This document shows positions 28,859 through 38,900 of a DNA stretch of 64,000 nt, in pieces. Each line of letters starts with the position of its first letter. Positions within the stretch are counted from its first letter, which is position 1. The position numbers were made by a program, and so were the translations under genes. The DNA comes from a bacterium (GTDB taxonomy: Bacteria > Bacteroidota > Bacteroidia > Bacteroidales > UBA932): NCBI GenBank assembly GCA_963640265.1, contig CAVHYF010000006.1, forward strand, positions 4,737 through 68,736, read 5' to 3'. Below the pieces are notes generated by a model, which searched no databases, had not been told where the DNA came from, and was given only the letters and a program-made list of their open reading frames with translations.

Positions 28859-28932
28859 GGTGCGATTAGTTCAGTTGGTAGAGCACCAGATTGTGGTTCT
28901 GGGTGTCGTGGGTTCGAGCCCCACATCGCACC
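28859..28932 (+). tRNA. tRNA-His(GTG), G-1 encoded, CCA not encoded
   Basis: Acceptor GTGCGAT/ATCGCAC, anticodon arm CCAGA-TTGTGGT-TCTGG, GGTTCGAG T-loop; promoter TAACTTTG at 28837-28844. Confidence 0.96.
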
Positions 28933-28937
28933 CTAAG

Positions 28938-28973
28938 AAAAGAGGAGGCTGATTTCTCAGTCTCCTCTTTTTT
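28938..28973. terminator. Bidirectional terminator between tRNA-His and the M23/LysM gene
   Basis: AAAAGAGGAGGCTGA / TCAGTCTCCTCTTTTTT. Confidence 0.8.
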
Positions 28974-29000
28974 CATCTGCCGGAGTTCATTCCGGCCGGG

Positions 29001-30077
29001 TCATTTGACGCGGAGCTTCCTGCCGAGGCTCAGGATAGTAGTCTCCTTGATGCCGTTGAGACGGCAGAGAGTCTTGACGGAAGTGTGATATTTTCTTGCG
29101 AGAGCGCCCAGCGTGTCTCCCTGGCGGACGGTATGGTACTGAGCCGCGGCCGCAGCCTTTCTCTCGGCCTCAGCCTTCTTCGCAGCCTCCTCCTTGTCCT
29201 TGGTGTCGCCCTCGAGGATGTCGATTTCCTCCTGCTCGCTTTCAGGAACGTATTTGCTGTTCGCGTTGAGATACTTCTTCTTCAGGACGAAAAGCCTGTG
29301 ACGCAACGTGCCGGAAGAAAAATCTATCAGCCATTCCGGATCGAACGCATAGCCCTTGTAGCGGGTCTCGAAATGCAGATGCGGACCGGTCGAACGGCCG
29401 GTCGATCCGCCCAGGCCGATGATCGTGCCGGCGTTCACCCACTGGTCTTCCTCGACATAAATCTTGGAAAGATGGCCGTAGAACGTCTCCAGGCCATTGT
29501 CGTGACGGAGTACGACGAGGTTGCCGTAAGCCTTGTAGCGTTTGGCTATGCGGACCTTGCCGTCGAAGGCTGCATAGACCGGTGTGCCGGTGTTGAGCGG
29601 AAGATCCACTCCCTGATGCCTGCGGCGGTGGCGGTAGCCGAACTTTGAATATACCTGCGTCTGGTTCGGGCACTTGTACTGGCTCAGAGTGTCAACCACC
29701 CAAAGCGCAATCTCATCCGGAAGTTCCTCCAGGGAAACGTGGTAAGGGTCCGGGTAGTCGTGGGTCCAATATTCATTGAATATTATGTTGTCGCGCGCGT
29801 AGGTGGAATCCTTGAAGTACTTCCAGGTGTAGTCCGAATAGAGGAGAATCTTGATGTGCGGGTCCGCAGTGTCAAGAGTGTCCAGCGCATCCTTCCTGCT
29901 GATGTCCATCGACTGGACCGCTTCCCTGGAAATGCGGGGGATGAAAAGTTCAGCCTGCTTCTTTGTCTTTATGGTCGAATCCTGTACCTTGACCTCCTGC
30001 GCCGCCGCTGAAAACGAGCCCTGGAAAAGGGCAAGGGCGGCCAGAACGGTCCCTATCATATTCCTAATGTCTGTCAT
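29001..30077 (-). CDS. M23 metallopeptidase with C-terminal LysM
   Basis: HQGVDL, YGHL, STGPHLHFE; VRQGDTLGALARKY. Confidence 0.93.
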   Translation of the reverse strand: MTDIRNMIGTVLAALALFQGSFSAAAQEVKVQDSTIKTKKQAELFIPRISREAVQSMDISRKDALDTLDTADPHIKILLYSDYTWKYFKDSTYARDNIIFNEYWTHDYPDPYHVSLEELPDEIALWVVDTLSQYKCPNQTQVYSKFGYRHRRRHQGVDLPLNTGTPVYAAFDGKVRIAKRYKAYGNLVVLRHDNGLETFYGHLSKIYVEEDQWVNAGTIIGLGGSTGRSTGPHLHFETRYKGYAFDPEWLIDFSSGTLRHRLFVLKKKYLNANSKYVPESEQEEIDILEGDTKDKEEAAKKAEAERKAAAAAQYHTVRQGDTLGALARKYHTSVKTLCRLNGIKETTILSLGRKLRVK

Positions 30078-30086
30078 CCTTTACAA

Positions 30087-31445
30087 TCAAAGTTTTGCGC
30101 CGAACTCCCCGATGAGAAGCCGCTTTGTCTCACTTACCTTTTCCTCCAGAAGTTCAGCGGAGACCGCCTCGCAGATGAACCTCAGATAAGGTTCCGTGTT
30201 GGAAGGGCGGATGTTGAACCACCACCGGGGGAACTCGACACGATAGCCGTCGAAATCCATCTCGACCGTCGGTGCCTCCCTGTCCGTGAAATGCTTTCTG
30301 ACGGCGTCCATAGCGCCTTTCTTGTCTTCCACGCGGAAATTGATCTCGCCGGAACTCTTGTAGAGCGAAATCCTGCCGATGAGTTCGTGAAGCGAAACGC
30401 CTTTCTTTTTCATCGAAGCCACCACTCTGAGAATCAGCATTGAAGCAAGCAGGCCGCTGTCAGAATAGAAGAAGTCGCGGAAATAGTAATGGCCGGCGAG
30501 TTCTCCGCCCCAGATGCCGCCCAGTTCACGGAGTCTGGTTGCGGCGAAAGCTCTGCCTACCTTCCAGGTCCGGACCTCGCAGCCCATTGAGGACAGATAC
30601 TCCCCTACCGACTTTGAACTGCGGATGTCCTGCAGCACGATGCCCGGCTCGTGCCTCTCATCGACATAATAATGCCCCAGCACGGCGATCATCAGGTCAG
30701 GAGAAACGAATTCGCCCTCGTTGTCAACGAACATGACGCGGTCGGCGTCACCGTCGAAGATGACACCCACGTCGGCGCCGGTCTTCCTGACAAGAGCCTT
30801 CAGCGGTTCGACGTTCTTCTGCACAAGCGGATTCGGGTCGTGGTTCGGGAAGGTCCCGTCGATGTCATCGAATATGTACGCGGGGGCGTCGCCGAAAATT
30901 TCGCGGGCCAAAAGGCTCGACATTCCGTTGGAGAGGTCGAAGGCGATCTTTATGCCGGAGTAGTCCGCCTTGAACTTGAGAAGGAACTCAAGGTAGTCCT
31001 TGCGGATGTCCTCCGGAATCACCTTGCCCTTCTTCTGCGCAGGCACGATCGGTTCTCCGCTCTCGATCCAGCGCTGGATCTGCCCCAGGCCGGACTCGAA
31101 GCCGACCGGAAGGGCGTTCTCCCTGGAGACCTTCAATCCGTTGTACTCCTTCGGGTTGTGGGAAGCGGTAATCTGCACCGAAGCCTTGAATCCGCGGCTG
31201 GCCGTTCCGAAATAGACCATAGGGGTCGTGCTGAGTCCGATGTCATACACGTCCGCGCCGGCATCGGTGATGCCTTCGAGCAGACTGTCGTGGATTTCAG
31301 GGGAAGACGTCCTGCAGTCGCGTCCGACCAGAACCTTGTCCGCACCCAGCAGCCGGGGAATGAAATAACCTATCTTATAAACGACATCACGGTCAAAGTC
31401 AACATTATAGACTCCGCGTATGTCATACGCGTGAAATACTCCCAT
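30087..31445 (-). CDS. Phosphomannomutase/phosphoglucomutase
   Basis: FHAYDIRG, TASHNP, FDGDADR, GGELAGH, RPSNTEP. Confidence 0.94.
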   Translation of the reverse strand: MGVFHAYDIRGVYNVDFDRDVVYKIGYFIPRLLGADKVLVGRDCRTSSPEIHDSLLEGITDAGADVYDIGLSTTPMVYFGTASRGFKASVQITASHNPKEYNGLKVSRENALPVGFESGLGQIQRWIESGEPIVPAQKKGKVIPEDIRKDYLEFLLKFKADYSGIKIAFDLSNGMSSLLAREIFGDAPAYIFDDIDGTFPNHDPNPLVQKNVEPLKALVRKTGADVGVIFDGDADRVMFVDNEGEFVSPDLMIAVLGHYYVDERHEPGIVLQDIRSSKSVGEYLSSMGCEVRTWKVGRAFAATRLRELGGIWGGELAGHYYFRDFFYSDSGLLASMLILRVVASMKKKGVSLHELIGRISLYKSSGEINFRVEDKKGAMDAVRKHFTDREAPTVEMDFDGYRVEFPRWWFNIRPSNTEPYLRFICEAVSAELLEEKVSETKRLLIGEFGAKL

Positions 31446-31456
31446 AGCGAATGTGA

Positions 31457-32011
31457 TCATTTGAGTTTCGTGGCGTACCTTGCAAAAACCTTTCCTTTTG
31501 CGATGCCGTTCAACTTTTTGGCTATTATCTTCTTCCTTATCGGAGCCACGTGGTCGACGAACATATCGCCGTCAAGATGCGACATCTCGTGCTGCACCAT
31601 ACGGCAGGCGAACTTGTCGAAAGTCTCGGTAACTTTCTCGAAATCACCGTTATAATATTCAACAGTCATACTCTGCGGCCTCGTCACGTCGCAGTAGATG
31701 CCGGGGATGCTGAGACAGCCTTCAGAATACACGCACTTCTTATCGCTTTCCTCGACTATGACCGGATTGATCATCACCCTCGCGAAATCTTCGAGGTAGG
31801 GATAGACATCGGTCATTCCGGTGCCGTCGACGATCAGCACCCGTACGCTTTCCCCCACCTGCGGGGCAGCCAGACCGCAGCCTTCAGACTTGGCGAGCGT
31901 CTCCTTCATATCCTCCACCAGCCTGGTGATCTTCTCCTTGTCCGAAAAGTCCGCCGGATCAGCCTTGCGCCTGAGCACTTCGGAACCATACAAATAAATC
32001 GGCAGTATCAT
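31457..32011 (-). CDS. def: Peptide deformylase (start re-called at MILPIY)
   Basis: GCGLAAPQVG, EGCLS, QHEMSHLDG. Confidence 0.95.
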   Translation of the reverse strand: MILPIYLYGSEVLRRKADPADFSDKEKITRLVEDMKETLAKSEGCGLAAPQVGESVRVLIVDGTGMTDVYPYLEDFARVMINPVIVEESDKKCVYSEGCLSIPGIYCDVTRPQSMTVEYYNGDFEKVTETFDKFACRMVQHEMSHLDGDMFVDHVAPIRKKIIAKKLNGIAKGKVFARYATKLK

Positions 32012-32027
32012 AATCTTCTCAATTCCG

Positions 32028-32447
32028 TTATTTTCTGTTTTGCCTGTCAAGATAGCTCTGGAGAATGATGGCGGCACTTATCTTGTCCACTGAAGTCTTG
32101 TCCCTGCGGTCCTTGGCCTTCATCCCCCCGTCGATCATAGCCCTGTGCGCAAGCACCGAAGTGAAGCGTTCGTCCTCAAGCGTGACGGGAATGCCCGGAA
32201 ATGCCTTTTCAAGCGATTTCAGGAATATGTCCACGTCGGCTGCGGCCTCTGACGGGGTGTTGTCCAGATTCATCGGATAACCTACCACGAAGCGGGTTAT
32301 GGTCTCCTTTTGAGCATAGTTTTTGATATATTCTATTATCTTTGCACCAGGAACCGTGTCCAGGGCTGAAGCAAAGATACCCAACGGGTCACTGACCGCG
32401 ACCCCCACGCGCTTGCGTCCGTAATCTATGCCGAGCATCCTGTCCAT
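32028..32447 (-). CDS. ruvX: YqgF/RuvX pre-16S rRNA nuclease (start re-called at MDRMLG)
   Basis: GIDYGRKRVGVAVSD, VVGYP, DERFTS, DKISAAIILQSYL. Confidence 0.94.
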   Translation of the reverse strand: MDRMLGIDYGRKRVGVAVSDPLGIFASALDTVPGAKIIEYIKNYAQKETITRFVVGYPMNLDNTPSEAAADVDIFLKSLEKAFPGIPVTLEDERFTSVLAHRAMIDGGMKAKDRRDKTSVDKISAAIILQSYLDRQNRK

Positions 32448-32492
32448 AGCGAATTGCAAATTTAACGAAAAAAGACTAACAGTCAAAATAAT

Positions 32493-33344
32493 ATGTCCAA
32501 GCTCAAGAAAGGCAAGAGAACGGAATCCTTCAGAATCACCATCGTGGACGACGACACCCACGACAAGCTGTGGTCCATAAAATTCACGAGGATAGGTGCT
32601 CTCGTGACCGTCATCACCTCGATCGTGGTGCTTTTCACGGTAGTCTTCTGCCTGATCGCCTTCACTCCGGTCAAGACATTCATTCCCGGCTATCCTGACG
32701 CAAGGACCAAGCGCGACGCCATCCAGAACGCCATCCGCCTCGACTCGCTGGAGAACATCATCACGAAATGGGGGCTGTACTCCGAGAACCTCCGCAGAGT
32801 AGTGGACGGCAGGCCGGCCCTCAGGATCGACAGCCTGATGAAGGTCGGCGGCGAACGGCAGACCGAAGAGACGGACCTGAAGGATGCGGCGAAGAAAGAC
32901 TCCATACTGAGAAGCGAAGTGGCCGGCGAGGAACGGTTCGAGATAAAGTCAGGAGGAACCAGGGCGCTTCCGATCGAAGGAATGCACTTCTTCACGCCGG
33001 TCAAGGGAGTCATCTCGCAGGGCTACGACAAGGCTCTGCACCCTTACATAGACATCACGGCCCCGGAAAATTCAGTGGTGATGTCCGTTCTTGACGGAAC
33101 GGTCATCTCGGCGGGATGGAGCGACACGGAAGGCTACACTATCCGAATACAGCACGAAGGAGACATCATCTCGGTCTACAAGCACAACCAGAAACTGATG
33201 AAGAAGACCGGCGACAAGGTTACGGCCGGGACTCCGATCGCGATCATCGGCGGCACCGGCACGCTGTCCGACGGGGAACACCTGCATTTCGAGCTGTGGC
33301 ACAAGGGAGAGGCCGTGGACCCTACCAAATACATTAACTTCTGA
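32493..33344 (+). CDS. M23 family metallopeptidase with N-terminal membrane anchor
   Basis: FIPGYP, HPYIDI, YKHN, HLHFELW; precedes dxr. Confidence 0.88.
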   Translation: MSKLKKGKRTESFRITIVDDDTHDKLWSIKFTRIGALVTVITSIVVLFTVVFCLIAFTPVKTFIPGYPDARTKRDAIQNAIRLDSLENIITKWGLYSENLRRVVDGRPALRIDSLMKVGGERQTEETDLKDAAKKDSILRSEVAGEERFEIKSGGTRALPIEGMHFFTPVKGVISQGYDKALHPYIDITAPENSVVMSVLDGTVISAGWSDTEGYTIRIQHEGDIISVYKHNQKLMKKTGDKVTAGTPIAIIGGTGTLSDGEHLHFELWHKGEAVDPTKYINF

Positions 33345-34516
33345 TGGAAAAGAGAAGAATAGCCATACTTGGTTCGACGGGGTCGATCGGAAGACAGACC
33401 CTCGAAGTGATCAAAGAACACCCCGACCTTTTCGAGGTCGAACTTTTAACCTGCAAAAGCAGCTGGGAACTGATGGCCTCACAGGCCATCGAGTTCGATG
33501 CCAACAACGCCGTCATCTGCGACGAGACGAAGTACGCCGACCTGTCGGCCGCCCTGGAGAAATCCGACACCAAGGCTTTCGCCGGTATGAAATCCGTCTG
33601 CGACCTTGTGACAAGCGACAGAGTGGACATCGTCGTGGCGGCGATGGTAGGCTTCAGCGGTCTTGAGCCGACGATCTCGGCGATCAAGGCCGGGAAAGTC
33701 ATCGCCCTCGCCAACAAGGAGACCCTTGTCGCAGCCGGAAGCCTGGTGATGGACCTTGCCAAGAAGCACCGCGCTCCCATCCTGCCGGTGGACTCGGAAC
33801 ATTCCGCGATATTCCAGTGCCTGCTGGCCGCTCAGGGCAACGCGCTGAGCAGAATACACCTCACCGCCTCGGGAGGCCCGTTCAGGACGTGGGACAGGGA
33901 CAGGATCGCGGCCGCGACCAAGGATATGGCCCTGAAGCATCCGAACTGGAGCATGGGGGCGAAAATCACGATCGATTCCGCTACGATGATGAACAAGGGC
34001 TTCGAAGTAATCGAAGCCAGGTGGCTTTTCGACACTCCGGCCGAAAGAATCAATGTCGTGGTGCACCCGGAATCCATCATCCACTCGATGGTGGAGTTCG
34101 AGGACGGCTCCGTCATCGCACAGCTGGCCAATCCGGACATGCGCGGGCCCATACAGTTCGCCATCGGGTTCCCGCAGAGGCTTCCTCTTTCGGGAGACAG
34201 GCTGGACTTCGCGAAACTCGGCAGTCTGACGTTCCAGAGTCCGGACACGGAGAAGTTTCCTGCGCTCGCGCTGGCCTACAAAGCGATGGAAAGGGGCGGG
34301 AACATCCCCTGCGCCCTGAACGCTGCCAACGAGGCGGCCGTCGCGGCCTACCTGCAGGACAGGATTCCTTTCTACGGAATCTCCGAGATAGCCGGAGAGT
34401 GCATCGAGTCGGCACCGTTCATAGCGCGGCCGAACCTCGAAGACATATTCAAGACAAACGAGCAGACATATTCACTGGCTCAGGAAAAGGTCGAGGCAAT
34501 GAGCGGGAGGCGGTGA
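33344..34516 (+). CDS. dxr: 1-deoxy-D-xylulose 5-phosphate reductoisomerase
   Basis: LGSTGSIG, LANKE, PVDSEHSA, TASGGPF, HPNWSMGAKITIDSATMMNKG. Confidence 0.97.
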   Translation: MEKRRIAILGSTGSIGRQTLEVIKEHPDLFEVELLTCKSSWELMASQAIEFDANNAVICDETKYADLSAALEKSDTKAFAGMKSVCDLVTSDRVDIVVAAMVGFSGLEPTISAIKAGKVIALANKETLVAAGSLVMDLAKKHRAPILPVDSEHSAIFQCLLAAQGNALSRIHLTASGGPFRTWDRDRIAAATKDMALKHPNWSMGAKITIDSATMMNKGFEVIEARWLFDTPAERINVVVHPESIIHSMVEFEDGSVIAQLANPDMRGPIQFAIGFPQRLPLSGDRLDFAKLGSLTFQSPDTEKFPALALAYKAMERGGNIPCALNAANEAAVAAYLQDRIPFYGISEIAGECIESAPFIARPNLEDIFKTNEQTYSLAQEKVEAMSGRR

Positions 34517-34517
34517 T

Positions 34518-35858
34518 ATGGCAGTGCTGATGAAGATTCTGCAAGTCATACTTGCGCTTTCCGTTCTTATCATAATCCACGAAGCCGGACACTTCACTTT
34601 CGCGAAGATGTTCGGAATCAGAGTCGACAAATTCTTCCTGTTCTTCGACGCCGGAGGCTTCAAGCTGTTCAGCACCAAGGAAGGCTGGTTCGCGAGGATA
34701 TTCCCGAAAGCCAAGGACTGGGAGACCGAATACGGCATCGGCTGGCTGCCGCTGGGAGGCTACTGCAAGATCTGCGGGATGGTCGACGAGTCGATGGACA
34801 CCGAGGCCCTCAAGCAGGAGCCCAAGCCGTGGGAGTTCCGCACCAAGAAGGCCTGGCAGAGGCTGCTGGTGATGGTCGGCGGAGTACTCTACAACTTCAT
34901 ATTCGCAATCATCGCCTACATCGGCATAATGGCCGTCTGGGGCGAAGCCTACATCGGCAACGAAGGCAGCCGGATCTACACCAACGAACTCGGAGTCGAG
35001 ATGGGATTCCGCAACGGCGACCATATCATCAGGATGGACGACTTCGTACCCGAGAACTTCGGTATGCTTCAGGCCGACCTCGCGCGCAGAAGCGTCGGCA
35101 AGGTCACGGTGCTGCGCGACGGCGACACGCTCGACCTTTACATAGACCGCTCGATGATAGGCGAAGTCCTCAACACGCCCGGACTGTTCGACCTCGCGGT
35201 GCCGTTCGTGGTCGATTCGGTGATGAGCGCATCGCCGAATGCGGCGGCGGGACTCCGGCACGACGACAGGATCCTGGCTCTGGACAGCGTAAGAACCCCG
35301 TTCCTGCAGGATTCGAGGAAGTACCTGGCTCAGCTCGGGAACTCCACGGTGACGGCGACCGTGCTGCGCGGCGCCGACACGCTCCGGATTCCTCTTCAGG
35401 TTGACTCGGCGGGAAGAATCGGAGTGTATATGCAGATGCCGGGGGTCAAATCGAAGGAATATTCCCTGATAAGCGCCATACCTGCAGGCTTCAGGCTGAC
35501 TTTCAGCACCATAGGCGGCTACCTCAGGGATCTCAAGCTCGTGGCGTCTCCAAGCACGGAGGCCTACAAGTCAGTGGGAAGCTTCATCGCCATCGGCCAG
35601 GTGTTCCCTGCGACCTGGGACTGGTACAGATTCGTGAACATCCTCGCTCTGCTTTCGATAATGCTGGGAGTGATGAACCTGCTTCCGATTCCGGCGCTGG
35701 ACGGAGGACACATAGTCTTCTGCCTGTACGAAATGGTCACCGGACGCAAGCCGAGCGACAGGTTCCTGGAGATCGCGCAGGTAATCGGAATGATCCTGCT
35801 GCTTATGCTTATGGTGCTGGCCTTCGGAAACGACATCGGGAGGCTGATCCGGGGCTGA
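34518..35858 (+). CDS. rseP: RIP metalloprotease RseP
   Basis: HEAGH, LPLGGY, PDZ region, NLLPIPALDGG. Confidence 0.95.
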   Translation: MAVLMKILQVILALSVLIIIHEAGHFTFAKMFGIRVDKFFLFFDAGGFKLFSTKEGWFARIFPKAKDWETEYGIGWLPLGGYCKICGMVDESMDTEALKQEPKPWEFRTKKAWQRLLVMVGGVLYNFIFAIIAYIGIMAVWGEAYIGNEGSRIYTNELGVEMGFRNGDHIIRMDDFVPENFGMLQADLARRSVGKVTVLRDGDTLDLYIDRSMIGEVLNTPGLFDLAVPFVVDSVMSASPNAAAGLRHDDRILALDSVRTPFLQDSRKYLAQLGNSTVTATVLRGADTLRIPLQVDSAGRIGVYMQMPGVKSKEYSLISAIPAGFRLTFSTIGGYLRDLKLVASPSTEAYKSVGSFIAIGQVFPATWDWYRFVNILALLSIMLGVMNLLPIPALDGGHIVFCLYEMVTGRKPSDRFLEIAQVIGMILLLMLMVLAFGNDIGRLIRG

Positions 35859-35992
35859 AGAGATTAATTTCGTGAATATATCTGATTCTCAAGAACTTTC
35901 TCCGCAGAAGCGAGAGATGTTCCAGGGGTGCTTTTTTGGCGCGTGCGGAAAATAAGCAGTATCTTTGCAACATCGAAAAAAACACAACGACA

Positions 35993-37006
35993 ATGAAAAC
36001 GGCATCAAAGTTCATCGTCCTGGCGGCGGCGCTGCTGTCCGTCTTTTCGTGCAAGGACACGAAACCTCTACTCCCGAACGTGTCCGGCAAGGCCGGAGAA
36101 GTCATAGTGGTCATCGGGAAGGACAACTGGGAAGGCAACCTCGGCAACGAAGTCCGCGGAATCCTTGCCAGGGACTGCGAGTACCTGCCACAGCGCGAGC
36201 CTTTGTACTCGGTCGTCAATCTCAGCCCGAGCGCATTCAAGGATATGTTCAAGCTCCACAGGAACATCGTGATCTTCAACGTGGACAGTTCGGTGGTCAA
36301 CCAGGGAGTCACCTACAGGACCAATGTCTGGGCCCGTCCTCAGTGCGTCATCCAGCTGAACGCACCGTGCGCCGACTCCGCGCTCTCCGTGCTGCGCAGG
36401 AACAGCGAAAACATCACCGGAGCGATAGAGCAGGCCGAGAGGAACAGAGTGATCGCCAACACGCTGCTCTACGAAGAGACCAAGCTTGCGACCGTGGTGG
36501 ACAATCTGGTCGGCGGCAAGCTCCACGTCCCGGTCGGCTACTCGCTGAAGAAGGTGACGGAGGATTTCATCTGGATAGAAGACGAGAAGCAGTACTCGAC
36601 TCAAGGAATATTCGTGTACAAGTACCCGGTCACCGGAGACGACCCGTTCACCGAAGAGAATATAATAGCCAGGCGCAACGCTTTCCTGAAGGCTTACGTG
36701 CCGGGACCTTACGACAACACTTATATGATGACCAGCATCTACGTCAAGCCGGGGATCAAATTCCTGAAGTACCACGATCTTGACTTCGTGGAGACCCGGG
36801 GACTCTGGGACGTCTACAACTACGCGATGGGAGGCCCGTTCGTTTCGCACTCGTTCTACAGCAAGGACGGAAAGGAGATAATCGTGCTCGAAGCATGGGT
36901 TCACGCGCCGAAATACGACAAGCGCCAGTATCTGCGTCAGGTTGAGTCGATTCTGTACTCTTTCGAATGGGACAAAGAGGATAAAGAAGACAATTCTGGC
37001 AAATAG
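35993..37006 (+). CDS. DUF4837 family lipoprotein (start re-called at MKTASK)
   Basis: Lipobox VFSC, LPQREP, WARPQ, ETRGLW, MGGPFVSH; promoter TATCTTTG at 35960-35967. Confidence 0.8.
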   Translation: MKTASKFIVLAAALLSVFSCKDTKPLLPNVSGKAGEVIVVIGKDNWEGNLGNEVRGILARDCEYLPQREPLYSVVNLSPSAFKDMFKLHRNIVIFNVDSSVVNQGVTYRTNVWARPQCVIQLNAPCADSALSVLRRNSENITGAIEQAERNRVIANTLLYEETKLATVVDNLVGGKLHVPVGYSLKKVTEDFIWIEDEKQYSTQGIFVYKYPVTGDDPFTEENIIARRNAFLKAYVPGPYDNTYMMTSIYVKPGIKFLKYHDLDFVETRGLWDVYNYAMGGPFVSHSFYSKDGKEIIVLEAWVHAPKYDKRQYLRQVESILYSFEWDKEDKEDNSGK

Positions 37007-37100
37007 AAGGCAAATAGATTGCAATTTATTTTGACAGGTCGAAAAATATCCATATATTTGCATCCCAATTTGGCAATTGCCATTTTTGGATGACAAGTCT

Positions 37101-37172
37101 GGTGGGTTCGTATAACGGTTAGTACTCGGGATTTTCATTCCCGCAATAGGAGTTCGATTCTCCTACCCACTA
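37101..37172 (+). tRNA. tRNA-Glu(TTC)
   Basis: Acceptor GGTGGGT/ACCCACT, anticodon arm CGGGA-TTTTCAT-TCCCG, GTTCGAT; promoter TATATTTG at 37053-37060. Confidence 0.95.
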
Positions 37173-37194
37173 CAAATATTAAAAAATAAGAACG

Positions 37195-37449
37195 ATGGCA
37201 AATCACGCATCAGCAAAAAAGGCCAATCGCCAAAGCGAGAGGCACAGACTGCATAACAAGTATTATGCAAAGTCCACGAGGAACGCCATTAGGGCGATCC
37301 GCAACACGACGGACAAGAAGGCGGCCGAGGAAGGCGCTCCGAAGGTGTACGCAATGATCGACAAGCTCGCCAAGATCGGAGTCATTCACAAGAACAAGGC
37401 TTCAAACCTCAAGAGCGGCATTGCGGTTTACATCAACAAGCTTGCTTAA
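37195..37449 (+). CDS. rpsT: 30S ribosomal protein S20
   Basis: MANHASAKK, IHKNKASNLKS. Confidence 0.96.
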   Translation: MANHASAKKANRQSERHRLHNKYYAKSTRNAIRAIRNTTDKKAAEEGAPKVYAMIDKLAKIGVIHKNKASNLKSGIAVYINKLA

Positions 37450-37513
37450 GAAATTTCAGAAGGCAGTCTCCCGAAGGCTGCCTTCCGAGCAGTAAAGCCG
37501 TCAAGACGGCAAT

Positions 37514-37587
37514 CGGGATGTAGCGCAGTTGGCTAGCGCACTACGTTCGGGACGTAGGGGTCGTCCGTTCGAGTCGGATCATCCCGA
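37514..37587 (+). tRNA. tRNA-Pro(CGG)
   Basis: Acceptor CGGGATG/CATCCCG, anticodon arm CTACG-TTCGGGA-CGTAG, GTTCGAG. Confidence 0.96.
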
Positions 37588-37629
37588 CATAAAAAAGACA
37601 CTGAAGATATTCAGTGTCTTTTTTATGTC
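37586..37629. terminator. Bidirectional terminator (20-bp perfect inverted repeat) after tRNA-Pro
   Basis: GACATAAAAAAGACACTGAA-GATA-TTCAGTGTCTTTTTTATGTC. Confidence 0.85.
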
Positions 37630-37677
37630 TTTACGCGCCGCTGCTCGGCTTCAATCCTTTGGGAGCTGCGGTGCTTC

Positions 37678-38820
37678 CTACCGCAGTTCGAAGGTGCGGG
37701 CGATCTCGGCGGAATCTCCGGCGTGGAAGTCTATCGTTACGTGCTTCGGACCGACGTTCAGCTTGAACGAGCCGGCGGTGTAAGACTGGTTGTAACGGGT
37801 CAGACCCGGCCTGTACTCATCAAACAAGGCACTCTCGTCTTCAAGAGGCGAACCATCGGACTTCGTCTTGAACTTTTTGCCACGTTCGAGACCGTAATGG
37901 GCGGGATCCTCCGTGACCAAAGTGTAGATTCCCCTCTCTTCGTTCGACCACACGCTGCTCATCTCCATCTGGGTGATGATGCCGCCGTCGCCCTTCCACT
38001 CGGTAAGGCCGGTGCTGTGGGAATGTCCGCACAGAACCATCACCTCCCTCTTGGCGAACTCCGCCCTGAAATGCAGCCTCGCCTTGCGATTCTTCTCACT
38101 CTTGCCACCGTGGAAGAACCACCTCGCGCTCTTGGTGTCGATCGGGAAGACCGGCCCGTGGGTGAGTATGAAGGTGTGCCTGGCCCCTTCCGTCTCCTTG
38201 AGCATTCTGTCGATCAGTTCATCGTCAGGCCTGTTGAAGTCTATGACCAGAAAGGCGTCCTTGCCAACCATAAAGTAAAATGTCGTACCCGTAATCGATT
38301 TGCCGAGTTCCTGCGACATACGCATCGGCATATACTCGTGGTAAGTCTCCTCGGCGCCCACTCCGCGGATGTCGTGATTGCCGGCGACGGTCACGAACGG
38401 CAGCGTGCCGATTTCCTTCTTGACGGCAGCGATGGCGGCGCTGAGCATCCGGCGGTGGATGTCGACGTTGTCGCAGTCTCCCTGGATCAGGTCACCTACC
38501 TGCAGCGCCATCACGGTGCTGTCGTCGATGAGGGACGCGCACCTTTTCAGCAGCCTCGGACACCTGTCCCGCCACATCTCGCCGTTGCGGGCGAATTCTT
38601 CAAGGTGCGCCTTGTAGCGCCATTCCTTAGGCTCGGAGTACAGGGCGTGATAGACGCTGGCCGGCTCGGTGTCGAAGTGCGTGTCACCGAGAATGACCAT
38701 TGAATATTCCCGCAGCCTGCGCGAAGTCTTCGTCTTCGCCGCAGCAAGCTCGGGAATGCCGAACAACGCCAGTCCTGCCAGCGATGCGGCCGATGCCGTT
38801 AAAAATTCTCTTCTGTCCAT
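37678..38820 (-). CDS. Calcineurin-like metallophosphoesterase with twin-arginine signal
   Basis: MDRREFL; GDTH, GDLIQG, GNHD, THGP, GHSH. Confidence 0.87.
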   Translation of the reverse strand: MDRREFLTASAASLAGLALFGIPELAAAKTKTSRRLREYSMVILGDTHFDTEPASVYHALYSEPKEWRYKAHLEEFARNGEMWRDRCPRLLKRCASLIDDSTVMALQVGDLIQGDCDNVDIHRRMLSAAIAAVKKEIGTLPFVTVAGNHDIRGVGAEETYHEYMPMRMSQELGKSITGTTFYFMVGKDAFLVIDFNRPDDELIDRMLKETEGARHTFILTHGPVFPIDTKSARWFFHGGKSEKNRKARLHFRAEFAKREVMVLCGHSHSTGLTEWKGDGGIITQMEMSSVWSNEERGIYTLVTEDPAHYGLERGKKFKTKSDGSPLEDESALFDEYRPGLTRYNQSYTAGSFKLNVGPKHVTIDFHAGDSAEIARTFELR

Positions 38821-38900
38821 ATCCTTGATGTTCAACTGGTTCCCACAAGCAGTGGCTAATGTTTAATGAATATGATTGTTCTTCAACCTTATCAGCTATT

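Noticed and set aside
37514..38900. Possible island integrated at tRNA-Pro (also checked tRNA-His and tRNA-Leu)
   Set aside because: No integrase and no duplicated tRNA 3' end found by eye
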